Below, in pieces: positions 1 to 11,040 of a DNA stretch of 64,000 nt (its first letter is position 1; every line of letters begins with the position of its first letter). Below the pieces are notes generated by a model, which searched no databases, had not been told where the DNA came from, and saw nothing but the letters and a program-made list of their open reading frames with translations. Both the position numbers and the translations under genes were made by a program. Source of the DNA: Pseudogymnoascus verrucosus (Eukaryota); assembly GCA_001662655.1 (NCBI GenBank), contig KV460242.1. One strand, given 5' to 3'.

Positions 1-228
1 CCCCCTCTAACTTACTTATATTTGTCTAATTAGACGTTTAGCAGCAAGATCTATGTTTAGTTGGTATTGTCTCTTAGCAGTTAAGTAAAATCTATCGTTG
101 ATTTAAAGTTAAGACACTTTACGCATGGCTGATTTAACTCCTAATCTAACTGCTACGCTAAACCTAATATAATTGCACTTACTGCATTTAGACGCCTATT
201 TGAGTTAAATCGCCTTCCTCCTTATATA
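1..228 (-). mobile_element. Terminal ~228 bp of a putative DUF3505/TLH-type element, copy A (continues off the left edge)
   Basis: Gap-free match to 1510-1737 at offset 1509, with both transitions and transversions. It ends in CCTTATATA and abuts the truncated DUF3505/TLH ORF at 229. Confidence 0.6.
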
Positions 229-1445
229 GAGGGCTATTAAACCTATCTAACCCTTTTAAGCTCTATAAGATCATAGACATCATTAGCACGCTTATTTTCT
301 AGACCTAGGTTTCATTGTCTTCTCCTAACACTAATAATTAGAGCATATCCTCTAGTAGCTGCTTCTACTCTAGGTTAAATTTAGTTAGTTTATAGCAATC
401 CTTTATCCTATTACTCTATTTACTGTTAGTAGTTTCATGTGTCCTACCTCTTTCCCTAACTATGTCTAGAAGAAACTCTTCATTATTATCTACTAACTCT
501 TTATTACTCCTATTAACATTACATTTAAGAGCCTCCCTCTCCTTCTAAGCTATATATACTTGTAATAAATAGCAAGCAAATCGTTTTAAATAAGTAATGT
601 ATTAATCTAAACTATCCTCGTTCTATAGCTGTACTATAGGTTAGTTTTTAACCTTCTTAGTTAAGTTAGTAGTTTGCAACTAATATAGGTTGTCGTCATT
701 TAAGCTGCCTAACCCATCTATAGCGCCCTTAACTATAGAATTAACGATTTCTCTAGCGCGTTAGAGCTACTTATCCTTTTAGTTAGGCAACCTACTTATA
801 TAAGTAATACGTCTAATATTACAACTGCTAAAGTGTAGCTGCTACTATATAAAGTTCTACTAACTAGTATTATTGCTCTTCTTAGTCTTAGAATCTACAA
901 TCTTAAGCTGCCCCTTGTCCTACTTGTCTATTGCTATAAAATCCTATAATAATTAGTCTTAGAGTAATGCATCTTCGTTATCCTTAATATTAGAATTATT
1001 CTCCTGTTCCTTACTAGCTACAATAAAATATTTCTAGAATCTAGCCCTAAAGAATGTCTATACTGTTACCTCTTTCTAATGCACTAGATCCTCTTTTAAA
1101 TGAAACTACCTATGAATTTTACAGTGCCTTTAAATTGAGTTCTTTAATACTACAATCGTATTATAGTCGTTGTACTAGAACCCTATCATTAGTTCTCTAA
1201 GCGCTTTAAATGGTAGTCCACCTAATTTAGGAAGTGGAATATTTTTTAGGTTGCATAATATAAATTCCTTATACTTTTTAAGTAGTAGTCTTCGTCTTTC
1301 TATGCCTAGATTATAGACCTTATATAGATGATAATTAAAACCTTAGATAGCTGTATAATGTAGTTTATACAGCAAAACCCTATACTCTACATTATATTTA
1401 AATGTATCGTTATCTTAGACGTTGACGTTATTAACCCTACTATCC
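229..1445 (-). pseudogene. RIP-inactivated N-terminal ~400 codons of a DUF3505 (OrsD-like) / telomere-linked RecQ helicase-type protein
   Basis: De-RIPed minus-strand reading: YNVEYGVLLCKLHCTAI..HL..VH..GFQCNDC..KNSIRGHCKIHGW..WKEVTVQTFFG..YFIV, then TGWW..W..HF, SLDRYITYLKRFACYLLRV and DRFDSPL, where it is cut by copy A. Many TAG/TAA stops. Start position approximate. Confidence 0.75.
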
Positions 1446-1468
1446 TATTTAATGGTTGCTTATTAAGT

Positions 1469-1508
1469 AACCCTAAGTTAGTAGATATAACCCTAACCTC
1501 AACCCTAG
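1469..1508 (+). repeat. Degenerate telomere-like CCCTAA hexamers
   Basis: AACCCTAA at about 1469 and 1489, and AACCCTAG at 1501, lying between the element end and the DUF3505 ORF start. Confidence 0.45.
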
Positions 1509-1509
1509 A

Positions 1510-1737
1510 CCCCCTCTAACTTACTTATATTTAGCTAATTAGACGTTTAGCAGCAAGATCTATGTTTGATTAGCACTGTGTCTTAGTAGTAAAGCAAAAG
1601 CTGTCGTTAATTTAAAGTTATGTTACATTACACGTAGCTGTTTTAACTTCATTTTTAACTACTACGCTAAACCTAATCAAAATGCGCTTACTGCATTTAG
1701 ACGCATTTTTAAGTTAAATCATCGTCTGCCTTATGTA
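1510..1737 (-). mobile_element. Terminal ~228 bp of a putative DUF3505/TLH-type element, copy B
   Basis: Diverged direct repeat of 1-228. It ends in CCTTATGTA and directly abuts mid-gene NACHT coding sequence at 1738. Confidence 0.6.
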
Positions 1738-3250
1738 AAGGACGCATCTTAGAACACAGCTGTTGCAATCATCCATGGCCTACTATATCAACTTATCAGC
1801 TAATACCCCTAACTTTTACATCATGTATTTACTCTATAGAAAATACAACAGGATGCTTTATTTAATAGCAACTCCTTTGAATGCCTTTAGAGGATATTCT
1901 AGACAATGCTAGAGGACCTTAGGACGGATTTAATCTACATCCTTAACGGACTAGATAAATGCGCTAATGATTCTCTTACAGGTCTACTTTAGAAGATCAA
2001 GATTCTCTTTATAGAGAGCCTAGAGAGGCATAAACTAAGACTTATCATTCTTAGTTAGAGACACCCTAACTTCCTCGAGAGGATGCTAGGTTCATTCGTT
2101 TGGATCGACCTAGATTCTAATTAAGTTAACAATCGACCTGATACTAATGCTTATATCACCTCTTGGGTTGCGCAGCTTGCTAAGCGAAAAGGGATTTCTA
2201 CGAGCCTTGTTAAGCATATCGAAGAGATATTTTAGAAGAAATTAGAAGATACATTCCTCTAGGTTAGTTTCATAGCTAATGACCTTAAGAAGCAGACAGT
2301 ATCCGGCATCGAGAAGGCATTGCACACCCTCCTAAGGGGCCTCGATGAGATTTATGAGCGAATATTGCTAGGTATAAAGCTAGATGACACTGCCATCATC
2401 GCAACTATGCTATAATGGATTTCACTAGCTATGAGTCCATTAACAGTGCCCTAGCTAGCTGAAGCCATGCGAGTTCAAGCATCTAGTTATCTGTTAAAAG
2501 AAGAGCTCTACATGATCTATATTGAATCTTGCGGTTACTTACTTCAGGTTTCTTGCCTAAGCGATCCTGATGAGTCGTCCTAAGATTCGGAAGTCTCACT
2601 CAGTCCTAGCGTAACCTTTGTCCACTAAAGCGTTAAAGACTTCATTTTCAAGCTACCTAAGCACCACATGGTCTTGGCTTTTCAGGTGAATAAGGCATAG
2701 GGTGATCTTAACATCGCCTGTCAATTGCTATCTTCTATGTAGAACGAATGGCTTGAATGTGTTAAAGACATACATGAATCTATATTTCCTGAGGGTATGT
2801 TCCGAGAGATCGATGCATACCCCCTAGCACAATACGCACGACTGAATTGGGACCTTCACTTGAAACAGCTACAAGATAAGAGCCTTTTGCACTTAATCGA
2901 TAGGAACGCGTTTTTTTTCTTAGATTCGTCTACTGTTAGAGACAAGTGGCAGTATGCGAGCGGTACCCTAATCTCTTACAGAGAAAAAGCAAATTTGCTT
3001 CAATTTGCTTGCGAATTTGGACTTCTCGCTTTGGCGAAGAAGTTCCTGAAACGAAAGAGACTAACCTCGCCATTCACGTTCTAGCAATATATCAACCACG
3101 AGGGCTCCAGCTAGTCGGCGCTATGTCTTGCAATTGATAGCGGAAATATTGAGCTAATCCAGCTTCTTTTAAGCTACAAGGTGAATATACTATGGAAAAC
3201 CTATAATAAAAGTGGTGCTCTGCATTCAGCGTTAAGAAAACGGCGATCTT
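1738..3250 (+). pseudogene. 5'-truncated, RIP-damaged NACHT NTPase-ankyrin (fungal NLR-like) gene
   Basis: De-RIPed: KDASRNTAVAIIRGLLYQL; IYILDGLDEC (Walker B); TFLWVSF; LPKGLDEIYERILL; LQWISLAMSPLTVPQLAEA; VTFVHQSVKDF; YPLAQYARLNWDLHL; ankyrin-like LLQFACEFGL. Walker A is absent and there are many stops. Confidence 0.85.
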
Positions 3251-3313
3251 AACTCAAGCAACCTTCAAAGCATTCAAGAACCCGAGCCCGACAGTCTGGC
3301 AGGCTGTGAGAGT

Positions 3314-3463
3314 GAGACGTACGGCAACCGGATACACTGTTACTTAGTGGTTTCCCTAGCTAGGCGGCCACCCCATGCATATAGATTAACGAAGGAGCTT
3401 CTGGAGGCGCTACGTGATGCTGTCAAAGGTCACAAGTCGTTTCTTGAGGATGGGAAGATTCTT
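3314..3463 (+). pseudogene. Fragment of a fungal-type protein kinase (FunK1 family)
   Basis: ETYGNRIHCYLVVS..RP.HAYR.TKELLEALRDAVKGHKSFLEDGKIL, breaking just before the expected HRD motif. Confidence 0.7.
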
Positions 3464-3523
3464 CGTTTTTCCCTAGTCACTAATCTATGTTCTCTAGATA
3501 CAATTGCTGATGCGGAGCAGGCT

Positions 3524-3750
3524 CTAATTGGGCCCTGGCCGCTGGACCGAAGGCTCAAGATATTGAGGCTGTATCAACGCAAGTAGATGTGCGATAGTGT
3601 TGAGGCTTTCACGCTAGCTCCCCTGACCCGTATCTTGAAATGGAGCTACGAAGAAACCTAAGTCCTAATAGCAAAGATTAGGAGTGATTTGCGCAACAAA
3701 AAGAACCATTTGCATATTGCTTTTCACTTTGTATATAGGCGGAACCTGTT
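3524..3750 (+). pseudogene. C-terminal fragment of a LaeA/TAM-like SAM-dependent methyltransferase
   Basis: LIGPWPLDRRLK..(*)MCDSVEAFTLAPLTRILKWSYEET(*)VLIAKIRSDLRNKKNHLHIAFHFVY.RN; internal stops and no N-terminus. Confidence 0.75.
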
Positions 3751-5457
3751 AGCACATCCTTCAGAGATATATTACAGAGTATAAAGTCTGTATTTAATTA
3801 TAATAGCTGTGAACATATAGATTTAGGTAGGCTTTAATTTCATAGAAAAGCTGCTGTAGTGCCAAGAAGGCAGGATAACGCAATCTATGTACGCTGTTTA
3901 GCGCCAACTGATTAAGGTTCGCGGCCCCTTACTAAGCTGCACATGTATCCACTAATCCACCTAATAGTGCCACCTACACCAGCGAATCATCCCTCACCCC
4001 ATAGTACCACCGATGGTGTCGATGAACCCTCACTACCCTATTGTCTCACCTGATGGTCTCAATAAACGCTTACCACTACGTATGCACCCACGGAGCAATC
4101 CCTTAGAGGGCATTTAGCCGTATAGGCTCATTTAACTGTCCCGCCAATGTCGTCCAACACTAAGGGCTGTTGCGCTAGTGAGGCGGTAAGTAGTGTTTAT
4201 GTGTCTAAGCAGTCCAATGTAAGGGCGAATAAGACGTTAAGTGGCAGGGAAAACTTGAACCATACAATCATACTCCGACTGTATCATTAGTGTGAGAGTG
4301 AACCTAGTAGGGCACTGTCAGTTGACCCTAGACGACTGACCCTAGATCTTAACCTAGCTGGCCACTGTCTATTGATCGATTTTATGTTTGGCTCAGCTAG
4401 CTTTAAGACAGTTTCATTAAATAATTCGTCAGTCATCGACAGCTCAACGAGCAGATAGAAAGCAGCTGGAACTCCTACAGTCTAACAGGCTAAGCAAAGT
4501 TTGTGTCAATTTTGTGTCACTCACGCATCATACAGGAATAAGTCAAGTTAAGTTCATTGTAAGCATATTAAAGTAAGCGCATTTAATTACCTAAGGCTAT
4601 AATATTCGGCAGATCAAAGGCTATCACCCATCACTGATAATGAAACACCAATCCCTTTATCGTACCGTGTCTCAATAAACCTTCAGCCACATCAGACGAA
4701 AACGACCCACAACTGTTTCACCTGTCAAAAAAGCTTACCACTCCCATCAGCCCGAAATGTTAGAATTTCGCCCCTAAAATACCTCAGCTACAGCTTCTGT
4801 CTCGGGGGACAAGATCAGGGTCTAGTTAGTCATACTTAATTTGTCACTCAGCAAAAACGGCGGGGTGCGGGTCTTAGTACAGCTCAGGGTACGACAGCTA
4901 CGGTCCTGTTACAGCTGTCACAAGCTCGATGTCTTACCCATGGTAAAGGGATTAGGGGTGTCTTAGGAGCTCAGCTTCAATATTAACGCCAGATCATCAC
5001 GGGATTTCCTTACAATAACTCAAGAGTGTAGATCACGGCTAGATACGCAGCACTGGCTTTGTCACGAACAGGGCCTCGGCCTCTTAAGACGCCCATCCAA
5101 GGTCTAGGAATATAATACATAGGCTTGTTTAGGTGTTGTCATTCACTAATATTGGCAGATCGGTACATGGCTCTGTCTAATTACTACATATTCGGATAGA
5201 TATTGCCTCAAGCCGCCCCTGCTCAGTAAATATCATGTCTTAGAGATGCCGATAGTAGAAAAGAAATCCAAAAAAGGTAGACGGCTAGCTTGCTCTTGAT
5301 CATAGCATTTCAGAGGTTATATAAGGTTGTTTGAACGCCCCCCGCCAGACCACACTTAGTACGGTTACGCAGCAGCAGTTACGCAGCAGTAGTCATCACA
5401 CAACAGAAAAACATCCTATTACTTCTCGCCTTTTTTATCACTCTTACCACCGCTACA

Positions 5458-5640
5458 ATGAAGATTGTAGCCATCCTCTCTCTCGTCTCTGTAGTCTCTG
5501 CCTACATCCTAGGCCCGGGAGGCATCGACTTAGCCCCCTTGTTAAGAAAGCTACATGCGCCCTTCCCTGCCTAGCAGCTGCCATGCATAACGCCAAGTGC
5601 CACGGACGCTATGAACCGTTGGTAACGACGTTCTGTGACC
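5458..5640 (+). pseudogene. Frameshifted small secreted Cys-rich protein (CFEM-like) 5' fragment
   Basis: TATA-like TTATATAAG near 5317; signal peptide MKIVAILSLVSVVSA; after a frameshift, KKATCALPCLAAAMHNAKCHGRYEPLVTTFCD. Confidence 0.45.
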
Positions 5641-5686
5641 GTAGGAACCCAGGGGGAAGGCTGGGCTTAGCTTAAAGGAGGGTCAA

Positions 5687-5957
5687 CCTTCAAAGTGAAC
5701 CAAACCACATTCTGCCTCTGCAACTGTCGCTATTGTCAGGTCACGTAGAGGGGCTTGACTTGAGCAAAACAAAGGTTTAGCTCTCATGACAGACGTCAAA
5801 GTCCAGGCCATTGCTATTAAGAGCTATTAAGAGTAATGGCCTAGACTTTAACATCCGTCATTAGGGAGCTAAACCTTAGTTCTGCTCGAGCCCTTCTAGG
5901 TGACCTAACAAGAGCGAGAATTGTAGAGGCAGAATGTGCTTTGGTTCACTTTGAAGG
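5687..5957. repeat. 271-bp imperfect palindrome (foldback/MITE-like)
   Basis: CCTTCAAAGTGAACCAAACCACATTCTGCCTCT at 5687 pairs with AGAGGCAGAATGTGCTTTGGTTCACTTTGAAGG ending at 5957; pairing continues inward to a centre near 5822. Confidence 0.85.
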
Positions 5958-6186
5958 GAAAGGGGAAGAAGCTTTTATAGATCTCGTACATCTCTGCGTC
6001 AAGAAGGTGAGACACTGCTGACGTGTTCTGGAGTCTAGAAGGACCATTCGTTTATCGTGGCTAAAACCGTTGGGACTGTGCTACATCTCAGCTTTGAAAT
6101 GTAAGACTCTAAGGAGGTGATACCTTGTAATCACCCTACCACGTTTGATTTTGGCTCAAATCGCATGCAACTAACTCTCATTACAG

Positions 6187-6274
6187 TGCCTCCGCCGCCA
6201 AGGACGCTGTTGGTGACAAGATCGACGAGAGCAAGCACGATGGCAAGGCCGAAGCCCACAAGCAGCAGATCTAA
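6187..6274 (+). pseudogene. grg1: Orphan last exon of a glucose-repressible protein Grg1/Ccg-1 gene
   Basis: Branch site ACTAAC and CAG acceptor, then ASAAKDAVGDKIDESKHDGKAEAHKQQI*. The upstream exons are not present. Confidence 0.75.
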
Positions 6275-6678
6275 AGCGTCTCTGCGGAAGGAACGGATCT
6301 AGGGAAGCAGATACTATCACGGCTTTGCTTGTTGAATGAAATGCAAAGTTAGATACCCCTATTCCTTGGCTCGTGCATATCGGATCAAGCAATGAATCAG
6401 CTGTTCACGTTCCCCGAGTGCATCGACTCTTAGACCAGTAACCCTCGATCGACCCCTAACAACCATCGAAGCAAAGCACATATTGAAGCTCCACACCGTT
6501 GTCCACCCGTATCTCGCCGCGTTATTCACATCCGAAATTGACGTCGAAATTGTGGAATGAGAGGTGGCTTCCTGCGTCACTCGTGATTTGTGTCTATTGA
6601 ATTCGTGAGCTGAGTTGGGACTGTCTCGTACGGAAATGTCCGTGACGAGGCTCATCAGTGGCAACTTCCGGAGCGAGT

Positions 6679-7060
6679 TCATCCTGCTATCGGACTTCTT
6701 CGGCTCCTTATAAGTGTTCCGTGCCGAATGAGTCCGGCATGTGTAGAAGTGACTACTCCCTGCTTCACCACCAATCTCGCCAGCTCCGTCTTAGCTTGAC
6801 CTATCTCTGATGCAGGTGTCTTCTTGCTGCTCTTTCCATTCTGACACTTCCCTTCTTCATGAGAACGGCCAAGCTCCCGTTTCCGATTTGGAGATAAAAT
6901 TCCCAGTAACGCTCTTAGACGAACGAACTCGGCTCGTTCAAAGTCAATCCAGGTAATCCCTGGTCGATCCGGGTGGATGAGAATGTTCCGGGCTGCAGGA
7001 TCACCCTGCAATACTCCCAGCTGATGTATGGCATGGCAGATGGCGTCGTCAGCGAGTCCT
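6679..7060 (-). pseudogene. C-terminal fragment of a protein-kinase-like protein
   Basis: AIHQLGVLQGDPAARNILI..ITWIDFERA (degenerate HxD..N and DFx motifs); the N-lobe is missing. Confidence 0.6.
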
Positions 7061-8650
7061 CGGAAAGTTGGCCGGTTACGTGCCTTAGGCAACCGGTCCT
7101 GAAACCTCTCTTTATCTTGTCTCACTTCTCGTGGCAGAATGAGGCGTCTCATCAGCTCCGTCATCACTTTATATCTTCGGTATTGCCTTCGATATTGTCT
7201 TTGATAAGTTAATCATGTGGTGGGAATGGGATAGTCAACTGACAGAATGATATGTTCGTGTTGTACGAAATCGCCAAAGACAGTGGCCTTTGCGAGTAAA
7301 AGCAGCAGAGCAGCAGACAAATGGTGGTGCCACGACAATCAAAACATGTTTTAATCAACGTCATGTCTCAGTCCCTTTCCAGCAACGAGCCCTTTACCGG
7401 CTAGATTGAATTCATTCGTTAAACTGTTGATTAGATAGGTCGCAGAGAATCTAGAGCCAATATTTACGTATTTTGTGTCTTAAAAGGTGCTGTTACACCG
7501 GTTTATCGATCCAACGCCCACAAGAATGGCTAACGGGCTGTTTCACGCTATATCAATCTCCCGAAGTCTGTTGGCTTTAATTGTACTCACATAACAGAAA
7601 AGTAGGACGAAAATGTATATGCCTGCATGCAATCGCCAGAAAGATAAATGCATCATGGCTACCATGGCTTGCTGGTCGGCGCGGCTGGAACGCGAATTAC
7701 TTCATGATTGGTATTACAACGGCTAAATTGTCTAATTAACGATATTTCAACTTATACAACAGGACAAACTGCCAACTCTCTGTTTACTTGTCTAGGCAGC
7801 TGTGTTTTATGGCGCTAGGTGCTCTCTTTGGACCATCTTGCAGTTGTGCCTTATGTATCTCCTACTCTTTTTAACCCTTAGTGGCAACAGTCTCGCGGAT
7901 CGTCCACGTCACGCTGTATCTAGGCCGAGACATCAACCCTGTGAAGGGATACAACAGATATCTACTGCATCAACTGTAACATGAAGCTCAGAAAGGATAA
8001 GAACGGCACTTTCGCCGGCCTCTGCCTCTCTCCTGATATTTATAACTTGCACAATACAGAAGGCAACCCTCTTTCTGAGAGTTGATCACTAGGTTACACA
8101 AAGATCCTAGTACAAAACACAGTGACTAGACACAGGGACTAGAAAAGTGGACGCTTGCCCCGATCTCGGTAGTTTCTTAATCTCGCTCAAAGACTGTGTG
8201 ACACTAGCTTCCCATGCATATTGATGGGTTTGCACAAGTGAGCTACAGAAAATATATGCCTAAGATGTGTGGCATACAGCATGTCGAAATACTACCATAT
8301 GAATGGTAGTTAGTAACAGTATGGCGTTCGGCCATTATAGAGCGAAGGGGGAAGAGTGGATGGTGGCGGGTAGACCTGAAGAGCTTAATTATCACCGATC
8401 AATGTAAACCCTGTGCGTTCTCCACGGAGACCAGGAGGTCTATCCCCAGTTTTCAGCAACTGCCTGTGTACAGATCGGCAGTCGCGTACATTGCTGGCAC
8501 ACCCCTACAAATTCTAAGACTGGCGTACCACACCACGTACATATTGTTGTCGATTTACTCACTGTGCAGGTATCGATGTTAATTGGACAACATATAAGTG
8601 ACGACTAAAAGAAGAAGTTTCAGATCCAGCTTCATTTCGCCACCGCTCTT

Positions 8651-8790
8651 GTTGTATTACGTTCAGCTTGTCTNNNNNNNNNNNNNNNNNNNNNNNNNNN
8701 NNNNNNNNNNNNNNNNNNNNNNNNNNNNNNNNNNNNNNNNNNNNNNNNNNNNNNNNNNNNNNNNNNNAGACAAGCTGAACGTAATACAAC
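8651..8790. other. Assembly gap (94 N, 8674-8767) flanked by perfect 23-bp inverted repeats
   Basis: GTTGTATTACGTTCAGCTTGTCT-[N]-AGACAAGCTGAACGTAATACAAC. Confidence 0.9.
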
Positions 8791-9107
8791 CTTCTACCAA
8801 TTAGGTCCAATATCTCGTCTTAGGAACCTGTCTTGCATCTTTACGCGGTGTTGCGTTGTTGGAACATATTTTACCATTGCGGAAATTGTTTGGCGGTACT
8901 ATCTCAGCTGTGCTGTCATATCTTACCAAGATCGTCATAAAAAGGTCAAATAGACACTGTTGGTCTTATGGACTACTTTACCTTGGATTTTGTCTATAGG
9001 GGTTGAGCAAATATAAATAGCTCGCTGTCGGCCCAGCAAATATAATTTTTCATACACGTCCATCGCATCTCATCTCAAAGTAATATTAAGCAATCATATT
9101 TAGCACA

Positions 9108-9924
9108 ATGAAGCTTTCTGCAAGCCTTCTTGTTGTGGCCTGTGCCATTGCCAATGCGCATTGTATGTATCATCAAAACCATAAATCGGCTTGTTAAGAA
9201 GTGCGAACTATTCTTACTGGCATTTAGATACATTCCCCAAGCTTATTGCAGGAGGCGTGACGACTGCAGACTGGCAATATGTTCGCATGACAGCAAACCA
9301 CTTCGATCGCTCTCCTGTTACGGACGTCAACAGCGTCGATATTCGCTGCAATCTCGATCCATCTCTTCCCGCTACCCAGACTATGCCCGTCGCTGCCGGC
9401 TCCCAAGTTGGTTTTACCGCCAGTCCTCCCATATTTCATAGCGGTCCCCTCCAGTTTTACATGGCCAAGGTGCCCAGTGGCCAGACTGCTGCGAGCTGGG
9501 ATGGGTCTGGTGAGGTCTGGTTTAAGATCTATGCTCTTGGACCAACAATTACCCCATTATCCATTACATTCCCCGCCCTTTGTAAGTTTACCACACCTCA
9601 TTTACAAAATTCCCAGGACGATCTAATTCTAACCCTCAAACAGTTATGGAGAGAGTATACGTCACAATTCCGAAGTCCCTCCCCTCTGGCGACTATCTTC
9701 TCCGCGTTGAACACATCGGTTTGGACTCTGCCATGTTCCCTGGAGCAGAATTTTTCGTATCATGTGCTCAAATAACCGTCACAGGAGGTGGCAGTGGAAA
9801 TCCTGGCCCTCTTGTCTCTTTCCCGGGAGCTTATAGTCCGACAGACCCTGGTATCAAGTATAATATCTGGGCTCCCTTCCCAACTAGCTACAATCTCCCA
9901 GGCCCAGCTGTTTGGTCGGGTTAA
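9108..9924 (+). CDS. AA9 lytic polysaccharide monooxygenase (3 exons: 9108-9162, 9228-9581, 9644-9924)
   Basis: Signal peptide MKLSASLLVVACAIANA followed by His1 (HYTFPKL); DIRCN; IFHSGPLQFYMAK; WFKI; IPKSLPSGDYLLRVEHI; SCAQITVTGGG; PGAYSPTDPG. GT-AG introns; TATA-like sequence near 9011. Confidence 0.93.
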
Positions 9925-10133
9925 AGGGAAAGGGAAACGGAAAGAGACCTTGGCCATGAGCGAGCTATTAGGACTATATATGAGGAGAAGATCATAAGGA
10001 TTTGAGAAGGAAGTTGGTTCCTTAGGTCAAAACGATACGGGGAATGAAGCTGATTCTTCAGTTAAATTGCTACATCAAGGTCACATGGTTAGTTTTGGTG
10101 AATTCCATCTAAATAATTCGTCATAATGCAGGC

Positions 10134-10360
10134 CTAAACACCTTTCTGAGCTCCATGATCATGTAATATCTTTACAACATCGAAATAATGATTCTGTGAT
10201 GCACGCGTCACCGCCGTCTTTCCCTGCCAGCCTGAAGCCGTAGCTCCCCCCTCAAGCAATAACTTCACAACCGAGTCGCGCCCGGCCCAGGATGCCCGGA
10301 TCAACGCCGTGAGCCCAAAGTCATCTTTCCCATTGACATTGACACCGACGTCATAAACAA
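10134..10360 (-). pseudogene. Ankyrin-repeat C-terminal fragment
   Basis: VNVNGKDDFGLTALIRASWAGRDSVVKLLLEGGA..GKTAVTRASQNHYFDVVKILHDHGA*; no credible start codon. Confidence 0.7.
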
Positions 10361-10564
10361 CCAATTTCGCGATACATACTACAATATAACCCCGATTTTC
10401 TGTATTGTGCAATCATCAAAGATGCCGTATGTTAACCTTATGCTTGATCATTTTGCCTCTACTGATCCTCTAAAGTTCCCTATTAGCTATAATGGCCACG
10501 GCAATCCTTGCTATCACTGCCGTAGTCAACGGCGCTGCTCTTCCCGTAGAAATCGTCGCTGAAA

Positions 10565-11040
10565 ATGGAAGTTGAAGCTGAAGATGCGATCGTGGTCGCG
10601 TCGGAAGGGGAGGAGAGCAACGGCCGCTGGCAGCGACGTCTGCGAAAGCCAAGCACGAAGGCGAAACAGGATGGAGAGGCTCAGAGCTCACTCGACATGG
10701 TGCTCCCACCTTCTAGGAAGCGACTGAGAGGCGTTTCCCGGAACGCGACAACCCCTGATACACAAAACGATGAGATGGGCAGAGACGGAGGACGCACGAT
10801 GCTACAGACACTACAGGAACAGATGAACGAGCAGACGGGCATTCTTAAAATTATCCTCGAAGCCTGGACGAAACAAGAAGCACACAATAAGGCGATGAAG
10901 GCGGAACTGGGTCGGGTTAAGGACGAACTTCAAGCGGTCAAGGATGAGCTGAATCGGACCAAGCAGGAAATGGTGGAAGGCATGGCGGCTCTAACCTCAG
11001 GACAAAGCAGCCCTAGCCCATCCTATGCCGATGTTGCTGC
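10565..11040 (+). mobile_element. Truncated ORF1 (gag-like) of a Tad1-type non-LTR retrotransposon
   Basis: Coiled-coil heptads (ELGRVKDELQAVKDELNRTK) followed by QSSPSPSYADVA, a pattern typical of fungal LINE ORF1 N-termini; the similarity stops abruptly. Confidence 0.6.

Noticed and set aside
1..1737. Interpreting the 228-bp direct repeats as LTRs
   Set aside because: There are no TG..CA ends, no gag/pol between them, the copies are too diverged, and each truncates a different gene at the same base.
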